From Eledone cirrhosa (taxonomy: Eukaryota): a stretch of DNA of 64,000 bases. Shown in pieces: positions 1 through 11,660 of this stretch. Within the stretch, counting starts at the first letter, position 1. Each line of letters opens with the position of its first letter. A program made the position numbers and the translations under genes. Below the pieces are notes generated by a model that had not been told where the DNA came from, searched no databases, and saw only the letters and a program-made list of their open reading frames with translations. The stretch is taken from positions 7,316,001-7,380,000 of the forward strand of contig OZ024745.1 of NCBI GenBank assembly GCA_964016885.1, given 5' to 3'.

Positions 1-1233
1 AGGGAAGATTGTGAATTTTCCCTTCCCGCATGATGCAAAGTGTGCGCTACATGTGGTATTTCTGACTGTGGGGTCTTTAATTTGTTGTTTATGTACCCGG
101 ACTCTATCATGTAATCCCGTTCCGGTTTCCCCAATGTAATACTCTTTACACTGTGGACATGTTGCGCAATATATTAGGTTTTTCATTTTGCAGTTCATGT
201 TAGCATTGACCTTGAAATTATCATGGTTTTTGAAGGACAACTGTTTGCCCTCTTCGATGAGTTCACAGGTTCCACATCTAGGGTCCCCGCATTTCGTCAC
301 TTGCATTGATTCCATGTTGGTCGTAAATTTTGCCTTGGTAATTAGTTTTTTACGGTTGGGTGCTTGGCATCTGCTATAAATTATCTGTGTGTTTTTTAAG
401 AGTGCATTCATTTTGGTAGATTGCTGTAGAATCGGGAGATACTGCTTAGCAGTTTTCACAATGTTGATGTTCCCTGGGTTGTGAGTGATGACAAAAGAGA
501 TAGCAGGGTTTTCTTTTTTATGTTGTGGGTTTGGTTTTCTCAGTGTTGTTATTGGGATGTTCTTAGCCTTGGAGATGGCTGCGTTGATGAGTTTCATCGG
601 GTATTCTTGTTTTTTAAGGAATTTTTTCAGGTCACATAATCTTTTTTCTTGTAGTACGGGGTGTGTTGCTATAGTGCGCCTTGCCATGTTGAAGGGAATG
701 TTCCTTTTCGTATGTGAGGGGTGTGCTGACCGGAAATTTAAGTATTGGTGTGTGTCAGTGGGTTTGCAAAATAGGTCCGTTATGATATTTTCCCCTTCTT
801 TAATAATGAGGATATCTAGAAAGGGCAGTTCCTTTTCGTTACATTCCATAGTGAATTGTATAGCTTTATGAAGCCTGTTTAGGATCGAATAAAATTTGTG
901 TAGGTCTGTTTGGCTTCTGTTCCAGAAGATGAAGCAGTCATCTAGGTAACGTTTCCAGTTTTTATTAATGTAGAAGGCGAAGTCGTGACTGAATGTTATC
1001 TGTAGTTGGGAATATAATTTTGCCTCTAAGTGACCCATAACGAGCGTTGCATATGTAGGGGCCACATTGGTACCCATGGCTGTTCCTTTTATTTGTAGAT
1101 AAAGTTCGTTGTCAAAGAGGAAGTGGTTGTTTTCCAATACTAATTTAAGTCCTTCCAAGATGAATTCTTTGGGGAATCTTTCTGAAATGTGACTTGAGTG
1201 TTTTGTAATCCAGAAGTCCACAGCTTCAATCCC
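1..1233 (-). mobile_element. Penelope-like retroelement (Neptune-type), 5'-truncated RT + GIY-YIG endonuclease ORF that continues past the window start
   Basis: Manual translation of the minus strand from 1233 to 1 is stop-free for 411 codons. It is absent from the ORF track, probably because there is no stop inside the window. Motifs: QIKGTAMGTNVAPTYATLVMG (RT motif B), WKRYLDDCF (YxDD), IQFTME..LPFLDI, KPTDTHQYLNFRSAHPSHTKRNIPF (PLE thumb), CGDPRCGTC linker, and NLIYCATCPQCKEYYIGETG..LHDRVRVHK (GIY-YIG). Confidence 0.92.
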
Positions 1234-1278
1234 TATATATACACACACATACACACACACACAAACATACATACGTGA

Positions 1279-1309
<31 letters not shown>

Positions 1310-1316
1310 CAGACAG
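1234..1316. repeat. (TA)n/(CA)n/(TG)n compound microsatellite separating the two retroelements
   Basis: Read directly from the sequence. Confidence 0.9.
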
Positions 1317-3691
1317 ATGGTATCAAATACTAAGGCATACCCCGGGGAAGAATGTACCCCACAGCATAGGTTAGTCATTAGTGACATCTCAGTAAGCAAG
1401 AGACAGAATGAGACATACAGGAAGGTGTGGAGAAGAAAGGTTTGGAAGCTAAAAGACCTTTCACTAAAATATAAATTTAGGAAAGCCCTTCAAGATGTGT
1501 ACGACAAAAAAGAAGACGATTTAGAGTCGTATGACATAGATGATAACTGAAATTTCTTACGTGACAACTTACTGCAGGCTACTGAAGAAATATGTGGCTG
1601 GGGCAGAGCTCCAATCAGACAGAAAGGGCCATTAGAGACAGAAGACTAGCATGGAATGCTTGGAAAAATGGTGGGAGTAGAGAAGGATACACAGCCGTTA
1701 AGAGATAAGCTAGACATCAGGTGTACTTAGCACGCATGGAGGATGAGAGTAGGAGGTTTGCCAATGTTCTGCAACGGGAAGATCAGAGGCGTGCGGTGTT
1801 CCGCTTTGCAAGGCAGAGTGTCAGTGCAAATCAGGATGTTATTGGAGATAAGTGTGTCCGGAATGATGCCGGTGTACTTAGTGTCACGAATGATCAAAAG
1901 AAGGAGGCCTGGAAATGTCATAATGAGAGACTGATGAATGTGGAGAACGAATGGGAGAGAGAGAAATTATCCCCAGTAGATCCGACAGAGGGACCAGTCA
2001 TTGAGATTGATGAATATAGGGTCCAAGAGGCGATTAGGGAAATGAAAAATGGTAAGGCTGCTGGACCGTCGGGGAAAGTTGCTGAGATGCTGAAGGCATC
2101 AGGGGACGTAGGCACTAAACTGGTTGCGCGCATCATCAATCAAGCTATATATGGTGGTGTCATACCCAAAGACTGGTGCAGCAGTATTCTCATAAATTGC
2201 TACAAAGGTAAAGGGGATGCTCTGGAGAGGAGCAATTATAGGGGTATAAAACTGATGGATCAGGTTATGAAAGTGGCAGAAAGGATATTAGCGCAACTAA
2301 TTAGAGAAGGGGTCAAACTAGATGAGATGCGGTTTGATTTTGTGCCTGGGAAAAATACAACAGATGCCCTCTTCTTTGTGAGACAACTACAAGAGAGGTT
2401 CTTAGAGAAGAATAAGTCACTATACTTAGCTTTTGTTGACCTAGAGAAGGCCTTTGATAAGGTACCCTGATCTGTCATCTGGTGGTCCCTAAGGAAACTA
2501 GGTGCTGAGGCATGGCTTGTGAGGACAGTGCAAGCTTTGTACAGACGTGATTTCAGTAAAGTGAGGGTAGGAATGGAGTTTAGTGAGGAATTCCAGATAC
2601 AAGTAGGAGTACATCAGGGTTCAGTCCTCAGCCCGCTCTTGTTCATTATAGTCCTCCAAGTCATAACAGAGAAGTTTAAGACTGGCTGTCCATGGGAACT
2701 TCTCTATGCTGACGATCTGGTTCTTATAGCAGAATCAGTAGAGGAGCTAGAGAATAAATTCTGTCTATGGAAACAGCAGTTGGAATTAAGAGAGCTGAGA
2801 GTGAACCTAGCTAAGACAAAAATGTTGATAAGTAGAAAAAGGACAAAACTCTGATTCCGTGAGAGAAATTGCCATGTTCTATATGCAGAAAAGAAACTGG
2901 CATAAATTCTATAAAATGCACACAATGCAGATCTTGGTACACAAAAGATGTAGTGGGATAGCATGCAAACTAACAGGTAGGGAGAAATATGTATGCAGTA
3001 GATGTACAGGGAAAGTTGACAGTAGAAGTCGCATTGATAGACATATTTTTCAAATGAGGGTAAGTTCTATAGAAGTGGTTGATAGCTTCCGGTACCTATG
3101 TGATCAGATTAGCATAGGAGACCATAGTATCTAGAATAAGAACGAGTTGGAAGAAGTTTAGGGAGCTGCTTCCTCTGTTGACAAAGAAAGGTTTCTCCCT
3201 GCGTACGAAAGGCCGGTTATATGATGCCCGTGTGAGATGCGCGATGCTGCATGGTAGTGAGACATGGGCAGCAATTGCAGAGGATATGCGACGACTGGAG
3301 AGAAATGAGGCAAGCATGCTCCGTTGGATGTGCAATGTCAATGTGTGTGAACGGCCGAGCACGGATGTGTTGAGAGAGAAACTGTGTTTAAGAGGGATAA
3401 GTTGTAGTGTGCGGGAGAGAAGACTGCGATGGTATGGACATGTGATGCACATGGAGGATGACCACTGGGCAAAGAAGTGCCAAGAAATGCCAGTAGAAGG
3501 AAGACGCAGTAGAGGTAGACCATGAAAAACATGGGTTGAAGTGGTGAGAGCAGACCTCCGATTGCTGAAGCCCACAGAGGAGAAGACGAAGGACCGTGAC
3601 AAGTGGAGAGATGCGGTGCTGAATAGGACTCGTCCCACTCTTGTAAGCAGGGAAAAGCGGACGTAAAATCATGATGATGATGATGATGATG

Positions 3692-3692
<1 letters not shown>
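1317..3692 (+). mobile_element. RTE-clade non-LTR retrotransposon (LINE), 5'-truncated and decayed by stops and frameshifts
   Basis: End of an APE domain (YPGEECTPQHRLVISD), then RT motifs MKNGKAAGPSG, YKGKGDALERSNYRGIKL, AFVDLEKAFDKVP, GVHQGSVLSPLLF, LLYADDLVL, then the RTE C-terminus MLHGSETW..LERNEASMLRWMC..RRLRWYGHV..VEGRRSRGRP. Short 3' UTR and an (ATG)n tail at 3671-3692. The protein is split across ORFs 1275-1550, 1721-2470, 2519-2854, 2859-3134 and 3178-3525. Confidence 0.93.
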
Positions 3693-3722
<30 letters not shown>

Positions 3723-3888
3723 CACACACATGGTGGTGGTGGTGGTGATGGTGGTGGTGGTGGTGGTGGTGGTGATAGTGGTGGTAGTGGTAGTGGTGGT
3801 GGTGGTAGTGGTGGTGGTGGTGGTGGTAGTGGTTAGGGTTAGGGTTAGGGTGGTGATGGTGGTGGTGATGATGATGATGGTAGTGATG
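3693..3888. repeat. (TA)n/(CA)n followed by (GGT)n microsatellite with three embedded TTAGGG units
   Basis: Read directly; TTAGGG x3 at 3833-3850. Confidence 0.9.
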
Positions 3889-3977
3889 TTATACACCAAT
3901 AGAGAGTAGTGAGTCAATTAAATCGATCTCTGTACATGGCTGCTATATTTTATCGATCCCGGCGTGATTTCATTTCA

Positions 3978-3991
3978 TAACAACAACAATA

Positions 3992-4025
<34 letters not shown>

Positions 4026-4045
4026 AAAAAACAACAACAACTACA
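3978..4045. repeat. (AAC)n microsatellite
   Basis: Read directly. Confidence 0.9.
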
Positions 4046-4177
4046 AGAACGATGTTGTTTAAACCAGTTGTAATGGGGGAGGGGTACCAGTGTGTTGACT
4101 TAATCGACTCCAGTATTTAACTGGTAAATATTTAGTTTTTAGATGAAAAACTAACTTGATCACATCGGAAAAAAAAT

Positions 4178-4492
4178 ACCACCACCATCATCATCACCAT
4201 CACCATCACCACCATCATCACCACCATCACCATCACCACCACCACCACCATCACCATCATCACCACCATTACCATCACCACCATCATCACCACCACCACA
4301 ATCACCATCACCACTACCACCACCACCATCACCACCACCACCATCACCATCATCAACACCATCACCATCACCATCACCATCATCCCCCCCCCACCACCAC
4401 CACCAACACCACCAACACCATCACCATCATCACTACCATCACCATCACCATCCCCACAATCACCACCACCACCACCACCATCACCACCACCA
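4178..4492. repeat. (CAC/CAT)n microsatellite
   Basis: Read directly; it produces the poly-His and poly-Val ORFs. Confidence 0.95.
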
Positions 4493-4555
4493 CTGTCATT
4501 TGATGATTATAATAGCAACGTTGACGACAAAACACAACAAACAAGTATGACAAGA

Positions 4556-4632
4556 ATATATATATATATATATATATTTATTTAGGTGTGTATGTATATA
4601 TATATGTATATATACATATATACACACATATT

Positions 4633-4663
<31 letters not shown>

Positions 4664-4751
4664 ATATGCACACGTATATATAGATATACATATATACACA
4701 CACATATATATACATATATATATATACACACACATATATATATATACACAA

Positions 4752-4800
<49 letters not shown>

Positions 4801-4826
4801 CACACACACATATATATACACACACG

Positions 4827-4871
<45 letters not shown>

Positions 4872-4890
4872 CCAAACATATATATACACA
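4556..4890. repeat. (TA)n/(CA)n/(TG)n compound microsatellite
   Basis: Read directly. Confidence 0.95.
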
Positions 4891-5035
4891 CAGCCAAACA
4901 AAATACTAGATAAAGCTGTCAATTCTTTTGATCTACATCGCTTATTTCTCTTGACAATGAAAACTGTTTTGCTGGTGGAGATATCACATCAAAGTAGGTG
5001 GTACATGTTTTGATCTCATCGACCAAACATGCAGA

Positions 5036-5660
<625 letters not shown>

Positions 5661-6002
5661 TCAATATCCGGCTATCTAACCTGCCGGCTCTACAGACAAC
5701 AATAACTTACATGTCTCGCTGTGTAATCCGCCGCCAAACTGCCCCCCCCCCCCACACACCACCAAACCAAAACCAAACCAAAGTCAGACCGAACCAAATA
5801 AACTAACACAACGCAAACAACAAACTAAAGTCAAACTTCTAGGGGGGTGGAGGTGGGGGTCATTCGGGACTACGACACTACCAGCACCACCACCACCACT
5901 ACACCACCACCACCACACCGCCACCGCCACTATTTCCCTCATCAAAAGAACTGACTAGGTTTTATCATTATTGTTGTTTTAACATCAAAACTCTCTATCT
6001 AG

Positions 6003-6098
6003 ACACATACATATATACATATACACATATATATATACACACACACACACATATATATATATATACATATACATATATATATATACACATATATATAT

Positions 6099-6129
<31 letters not shown>

Positions 6130-6162
6130 CATATACATATACATATACACATACACATATAC
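6003..6162. repeat. (TA)/(CA)/(TACA) microsatellite
   Basis: Read directly. Confidence 0.9.
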
Positions 6163-6374
6163 AGAGTGTTGTATGGTTGATGTAGAGAGGGGGTGAGTTT
6201 GGTGGTAATTGATATAGAGAGGGGGATTGGAAGAGAGTTGCGTGTAGTAGATATAGAGAGGGGGAGAGTGTATTAGTATTAGATATAGAGAGTGGGATAA
6301 GTGAGGGGGTGGGAAATCAGTAATTGTATCGTAATGTTCTTTTGTCATATATAATGGAAGGAGGAGGAGGAGGG

Positions 6375-6640
6375 GGGATCACCCGCGAAGAGTGAAAAAC
6401 TGCGAATATTGGACAAAATATAACACAAAATATAATTTTTAAAAAAGGGGCAAAGGGCCGTTCAATAGGACGGCAAATATGGTTAATTGTTATTAATAAT
6501 TTAGTGTTTAAAATATAAATATTGCCACGAAAAAAGCCATTTAAAAAATCGCGGAATATTTTTACGATTCCGCGAATATGCGGGGGTTTCCACGAACAAT
6601 TATTAGTTAGGTTCTATGGAAAATTTCGCGAATAACCGCT
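6375..6640. mobile_element. Possible decayed DNA-transposon (Tc1/mariner/pogo-type) terminal remnant
   Basis: A CpG-rich island in AT-rich DNA with repeated (C)GCGAA(T) motifs (ccgcgaag, tgcgaatat, ccgcgaatatgcggggg, tcgcgaataaccg). No TIR pair was established. Confidence 0.3.
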
Positions 6641-7231
6641 AGAAAGAGCGCTGTTTCTAACATGGTCATTTGTATGTAGGTTCTTCCAGAGTAGGAAGCC
6701 CCCGTATAAGCCCCAAAGAATAAAGTTGAAAACATTGCATATACTGAAGTTCTGTTTTATAATTTGCGGAGATATATACAAAGCAGATTAATCATTTTAT
6801 AAGGTATATTTGAAGTTCTAGTTAAACTTTAATTAGTTACCTACCTAGCTGTGTGTGCTTACACACTTTACAAATTATCCCCTGTGATTGTTTCATGTGT
6901 TTATTTTATATATATATATGTCAATTGATTTCTAGTTGATATATATATATATATTTATTAAAATTATCAGTCTTCAAATGTATTATTATTACTATATATA
7001 TATATATATATATATACACCAAATTACAAAATATGAGTAAATAATAGGCAAAAATATACTATTTTTTCTTCAAACTCCCGACTGCAGTTTCGCCGATTCG
7101 CGTGCAAGAATTCTGCACTATAAAAATGCAGCATCGCTGTGCGGTTGATACGGCTTATCAAGAGACCCCTCAGAAAAAAAGGACTGTTTCTTGACGCGTT
7201 CGTAGCAAGTGAGAAAATCTCTAGAGGCGGA

Positions 7232-7392
7232 GATTAAATCGACCCCAGTGCATGACTGGTACCTTATTTTATCGACTCTAGTAAGGATGAAAGGCAAAGC
7301 TAACATCGGCGGGATTTGAACTCAGAACGTAAAGGGTCACAACTCTATGTTTTTAAGCATGTCGTCCGACACTCTACCGATTCTACCAATCC
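7232..7392 (-). mobile_element. tRNA-derived SINE (family A)
   Basis: Minus-strand B-box GAGTTCAAATCCC (7311-7323) followed by the core ctttgcctttcatcct..gtcgataaaataaggtaccagt..cactggggtcgat, which recurs near 10810, 11250, 14520 and 21830. Confidence 0.75.
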
Positions 7393-7495
7393 ATCATATA
7401 TAAATATATAACGGCTGTCTATTCACTATTGTGTATAACTACCTCTGCATCCCTTCCTGCTTCCTTTGAAAGTGTCTATCATGGGTTAGTAACAT

Positions 7496-7530
<35 letters not shown>

Positions 7531-7560
7531 TTCAACAAAACTATTTCCCCGTACCACCCA

Positions 7561-7608
<48 letters not shown>

Positions 7609-7613
<5 letters not shown>

Positions 7614-7724
7614 AACAAGTAAGACCCCGACGGCTGAGCTCAAGCCGTTTCGACGGCTAATTCTGGACTGAATTAGCCGTCGAAACGGCTTGAGCTCAGC
7701 CGTCGGGGTCTTACTTGTTCCTAT
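7609..7724. repeat. Perfect inverted repeat (55-bp arms, 6-nt loop); possible foldback or MITE element
   Basis: 7609-7663 is the exact reverse complement of 7670-7724, with loop TGGACT. It abuts a (TA)n run. Confidence 0.95.
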
Positions 7725-7801
7725 TACCCACTCTACTACCCTAAGTATTGAGTACTTTGGTGCGTTATGGTCCACCTGGTTCCTTACCACATTTCCTTCG
7801 T

Positions 7802-7834
<33 letters not shown>

Positions 7835-8054
7835 GGAAGAAATATATATATATCTTCACACAAGTATAGATACATAGAAAGATGTCCAACCGATAGCAAG
7901 TTTTCCTCTACGAACTAACAAAGATGAAGCCATTCAGAACGTAATATAATCATATCTGGGAAAAGTAAACAAGATAAGAAACAAATCTTTACTTTAATGT
8001 ACTCCTGACAGAGATTCACTGTTTCAATGTGATACAGTGCGACATGTCCCCTCC

Positions 8055-8165
8055 AATTACTGCAACAACACAATTTACCAGATATATTGACTGGAGCAAC
8101 GGCAAATAAAGTGTTTTGCTCAAGTCGATAACGTGCAGCACCACCCGGTATTCGAACTCACCACA
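8055..8165 (-). mobile_element. tRNA-derived SINE fragment (family B)
   Basis: Minus-strand B-box GAGTTCGAATACC, then cttgagcaaaacactttattt..gttgctc, similar to 13978-14086. Confidence 0.6.
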
Positions 8166-8469
8166 CACACAAATATATATATGTGTGTATGTGTGTGTTT
8201 GTGTGTGTGTCTGTATGTGTGTATGCATACACACACATATTACAAACAAATCACGTTAATTTATAGACATATATATATATACACATACATACACTTATAT
8301 GCACATACATGCTCTTATATGCACATACACACTGATACTTGCACATATATGCACTAATATGCACATATAATATACATACACAATCAGAGTGCACAGAGAA
8401 AAAAAACCCTACATTCATTGGTGTATAATGTCAAAAGATTCTTGACATGTGGTCACTGTAAAGTATGAG

Positions 8470-9322
8470 GGGGGGGGTGATGGTGGTGGTGGTGGTGTAG
8501 TGGTGGTGTAGTGGTGGTGGTGGTGTACTGGTGGTGGTGGTGGTGATGGTGGTGGTGTAGTGGTGGTGGTGGTGTGGTGATGGTGGTGGTGTTGGTGGTG
8601 GTGGTGTGGTGGTGGTGGAGGTGGTGGTGGTGGTGGTGGTGGTGGTGGTGGTGGTGTGGTGGTGGTGGTGTGGTGATGGTGGTGGTGTTGGTGGTGGTGG
8701 TGTGGTGGTGGTGGAGGTGGTGGTGGTGTGGTGGTGGTGGTGGTGTGGTGATGGTGGTGGTGTTGGTGGTGGTGGTGTGGTGGTGGTGGAGGTGGTGGTG
8801 GTGTGGTGGTGGTGGTGGTGGTGGTGGTGGTGGTGTGGTGATGGTGGTGGTGGTGTGGTGATGGCGGTGGTGGTGGTGTGGTGGTGGTGGTGTGGTGGTG
8901 GTGGTGTGGTGGTGGTGGTGTGGTGGTGGTGGTGGTGGTGTGGTGATGGCGGTGGTGGTGGTGTGGTGGTGTGGTGGTGGTGGTGTGGTGGAGGTGGTGG
9001 TGGTGTGGTGGTGGTGGTGGTGGTGTGGTGATGGCGGTGGTGGTGGTGTGGTGATGGTGGTGGTGGTGTGGTGATGGCGGTGGTGGTGGTGTGGTGGTGG
9101 TGGTGTGGTGGTGGTGGTGTGGTGGTGGTGGTGTGGTGGTGGTGGTGTGGTGGTGGTGGAGGTGGTGGTGGTGGTGTGGTGATGGCGGTGGTGGTGGTGG
9201 TGGTGGTGTGGTGGTGGTGGTGTGGTGGTGGTGTAGTGGTGGTGGTGTAGGTGGTGTAGTGGTGGTGGTGTAGTGGTGGTGGTTTGGTGGTGGTGGTGGT
9301 GTGGTGATGGCGGTGGTGGTGG
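8470..9322. repeat. Long imperfect (GGT)n array with internal higher-order units of about 60 bp
   Basis: Read directly; the unit gtgtggtgatggtggtggtgttggtggtggtg..gaggtgg recurs at about 8572, 8668 and 8742. Confidence 0.95.
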
Positions 9323-9427
9323 TATTTAAAGTGAAAAGAAGAAAATATCTGAGAATTGCCGGATGGACAGGAAAAGTTGGAAGAAATAAAATACAATAAG
9401 ATATAATTTATAATTAGTGAAGAACTT

Positions 9428-9533
9428 AGAGAGAGGGGAGAGGGGAGAGACGGTGCGAGAGAGAGAAAGGGAGAGAGAAAGAAGAGATAGAGAGAGGGGG
9501 AGATAGACAGAAGGGTAGAGAGAGAAAGAGGTT

Positions 9534-9580
<47 letters not shown>

Positions 9581-9760
9581 GAAAAGGCGAATTACCGAAA
9601 AGAAAGGAGAAAATCATGTATATCGAAAACACGCAAATATATACAAACACACACACACTCACACAAACATACACACACTGACACAAACACACACACTGAC
9701 ACAAACATACAAACACACACATAAACACGCCCACACACAAATATACAAACACACACACAT
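9428..9760. repeat. (GA)n and (CA/ACAA)n simple repeats
   Basis: Read directly. Confidence 0.85.
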
Positions 9761-9854
9761 TCTCTTTCAGACATATTTCGAATCTATTAAAATATCGAAT
9801 GCTTTTTTTTTTGTTGCCAAAATATAACAAAACTCGTCATTAAAAACAATAAAG

Positions 9855-9939
9855 ACAACAACAATAACAACGACGACGACGACGACGACGACAACAACAA
9901 CAACGACGACGACGACGACGACGACGACAACAACAACAA
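9855..9939. repeat. (AAC)n/(GAC)n microsatellite
   Basis: Read directly. Confidence 0.9.
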
Positions 9940-10040
9940 ACCATCTTCGTCATCTACTTCATAAAGATGTTAGCAAGACTTCATTTGTGAAAATGTGGAG
10001 TGTTTAGTGGAAAGTCAGTGATTGGGTTTTATGGAGGACA

Positions 10041-10631
10041 CAATAGCTGTGGTATGGTACTGTGTTGGTGACATTGGTAGCTACTAGAATACTACAATAG
10101 CTGTGGTATGGTACTGTGTTGGTGACATTGGTAGCTACTAGAATACTACAATAGCTGTGGTATGGTACTGTGTTGGTGACATTGGTAGCTACTAGAATAC
10201 TACAATAGCTGTGGTATGGTACTATGTTGGTGACATTGGTAGCTACTAGAATACTACAATAGCTGTGGTATGGTACTATGTTGGTGACATTGGTAGCTAC
10301 TAGAATACTACAATAGCTGTGGTATGGTACTGTGTTGGTGACATTGGTAGCTACTAGAATACTACAATAGCTGTGGTATGGTACTATGTTGGTGACATTG
10401 GTAGCTACTAGAATACTACAATAGCTGTGGTATGGTACTGTGTTGGTGACATTGGTAGCTACTAGAATACTACAATAGCTGTGGTATGGTACTGTGTTGG
10501 TGACATTGGTAGCTACTAGAATACTACAATAGCTGTGGTATGGTACTGTGTTGGTGAGATTGGTAGCTACTAGAATACTACAATAGCTGTGGTATGGTAC
10601 TATGTTGGTGACATTGGTAGCTACTAGAATA
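10041..10631. repeat. 54-bp minisatellite, about 11 near-identical copies
   Basis: Unit CAATAGCTGTGGTATGGTACT[G/A]TGTTGGTGACATTGGTAGCTACTAGAATACTA. It explains the 18-aa repeats in ORF 10004-10690. Confidence 0.97.
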
Positions 10632-10759
10632 TGGCTTATCTCTAAGTTGTTGACATTAGTAAATAGTTTTTGCAATATACGAACCACCAATATTGATATA
10701 ATCGTAGTTAGTGCCTTAAGTTGACCAATTAGTAGGGGGGGGGGGGTAGATCGTCGGCT

Positions 10760-10940
10760 TTGACAGTATTAGTTCCTGCTCTCTGAGCTTAAATCCAGCC
10801 AAGGCCAACTTTGTCTTTCATCCTTTTGAAGTCGGTCAAATAAAGTACCAATCATGTACTGGTGTCGATTCTTCCTCACTTCCTTTCGTTCACTCTCTCT
10901 ATCCTCTGGAAGAAATCTTCTGTATTCAAACCTGGAGAGG
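10760..10940 (+). mobile_element. SINE family A copy with extended 3' tail
   Basis: B-box-like GAGCTTAAATCC, then the core ctttgtctttcatcctttt..aaataaagtacca..tactggtgtcgat. The tail (..gaaatcttctgtattcaaacctggagag) is shared with 14519-14602. Confidence 0.7.
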
Positions 10941-11238
10941 AGTCACTTGCAGGTTGGAACACGGATATCCAGACAACACGCGTGTCTGCGAAATACTCAG
11001 CCACTTACACATTAATCTAACAAGTAGAATATTCAGCTGATCGAACTATTGAAAAGATATGATGTCATCGGTGAGAAATAGTTGTTTGTTCCAGTCCCAC
11101 AGTTGATCCATTGTCGTCATCAGTGAACCAGTAACTGGCCTGTTTCATATGACAATCTTAACTAGGATATAGATAAGAGACATCAAATATAGGTGTTTCT
11201 ATGTCTAGTTGAATTGATTAGTTAGTGTTAACATAAGG

Positions 11239-11345
11239 CAGCCGAGCTTAACTTTGCCTTTCATCCTTACGGGGGTCGATAAAATAAAGTACCAGTAATG
11301 CACTGGGTAATTGCTGGCCTTGTGCCAAAAGTAGAAACAATTATT
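11239..11345 (+). mobile_element. SINE family A fragment
   Basis: gccgagcttaactttgcctttcatccttacgggggtcgataaaataaagtaccagt. Confidence 0.7.
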
Positions 11346-11469
11346 AAAAGGGCGATGCTTTTTTCTAGGGAATAATAGAAAAGAGGAAAAAAATGAAAAG
11401 GAGAAAAAGAAAGGAAAGAGAGGGGGAGAGGCAGTCACAACAGCTCAGTCTGAGTGGTGTCTCAGCTCC

Positions 11470-11660
11470 CCCACCGCGGACAATACGGCAAAAGCGTTAC
11501 CGTGGGGCCATAGAGACCAACTGCAACAGCCACTCCACTACACAAGGATCCCTCCTCAAGTGGGCAGCCGACTTTATGGAGGAAATCAGCAGTGTGGGGA
11601 CCAAGGACGCCAGAGGTGACCGGTGCAAAGAGAAAACGGTCGGTCAGACCCCGGTATTTA
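11470..11660 (-). mobile_element. 3' fragment of a CRE-like non-LTR element (C-terminal restriction-like endonuclease region), frameshifted
   Basis: Pieces from three minus-strand frames read FLFAPVTSGVLGPHTADFLHKVG / RDPCVVEWLLQLVSMA / HGNAFAVLSA. This resembles the CRE C-terminal pattern F.P..(E)T.G..G....FL..G...D.R...W..Q..S.A...GNA. The region is a GC-rich island. Confidence 0.6.

Noticed and set aside
188-871. Plus-strand ORFs 188-379 and 485-871
   Set aside because: They are antisense shadows of the Penelope-like ORF.
3833-3850. Interstitial telomere (TTAGGG)3
   Set aside because: Only three units within a (GGT)n tract, easily derived by mutation and slippage.
7660-7705. Hammerhead ribozyme in the palindrome (CTGA...CGAAAC...GTC)
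   Set aside because: The core reads CTGAATT rather than CTGANGA, so the catalytic consensus is not met.
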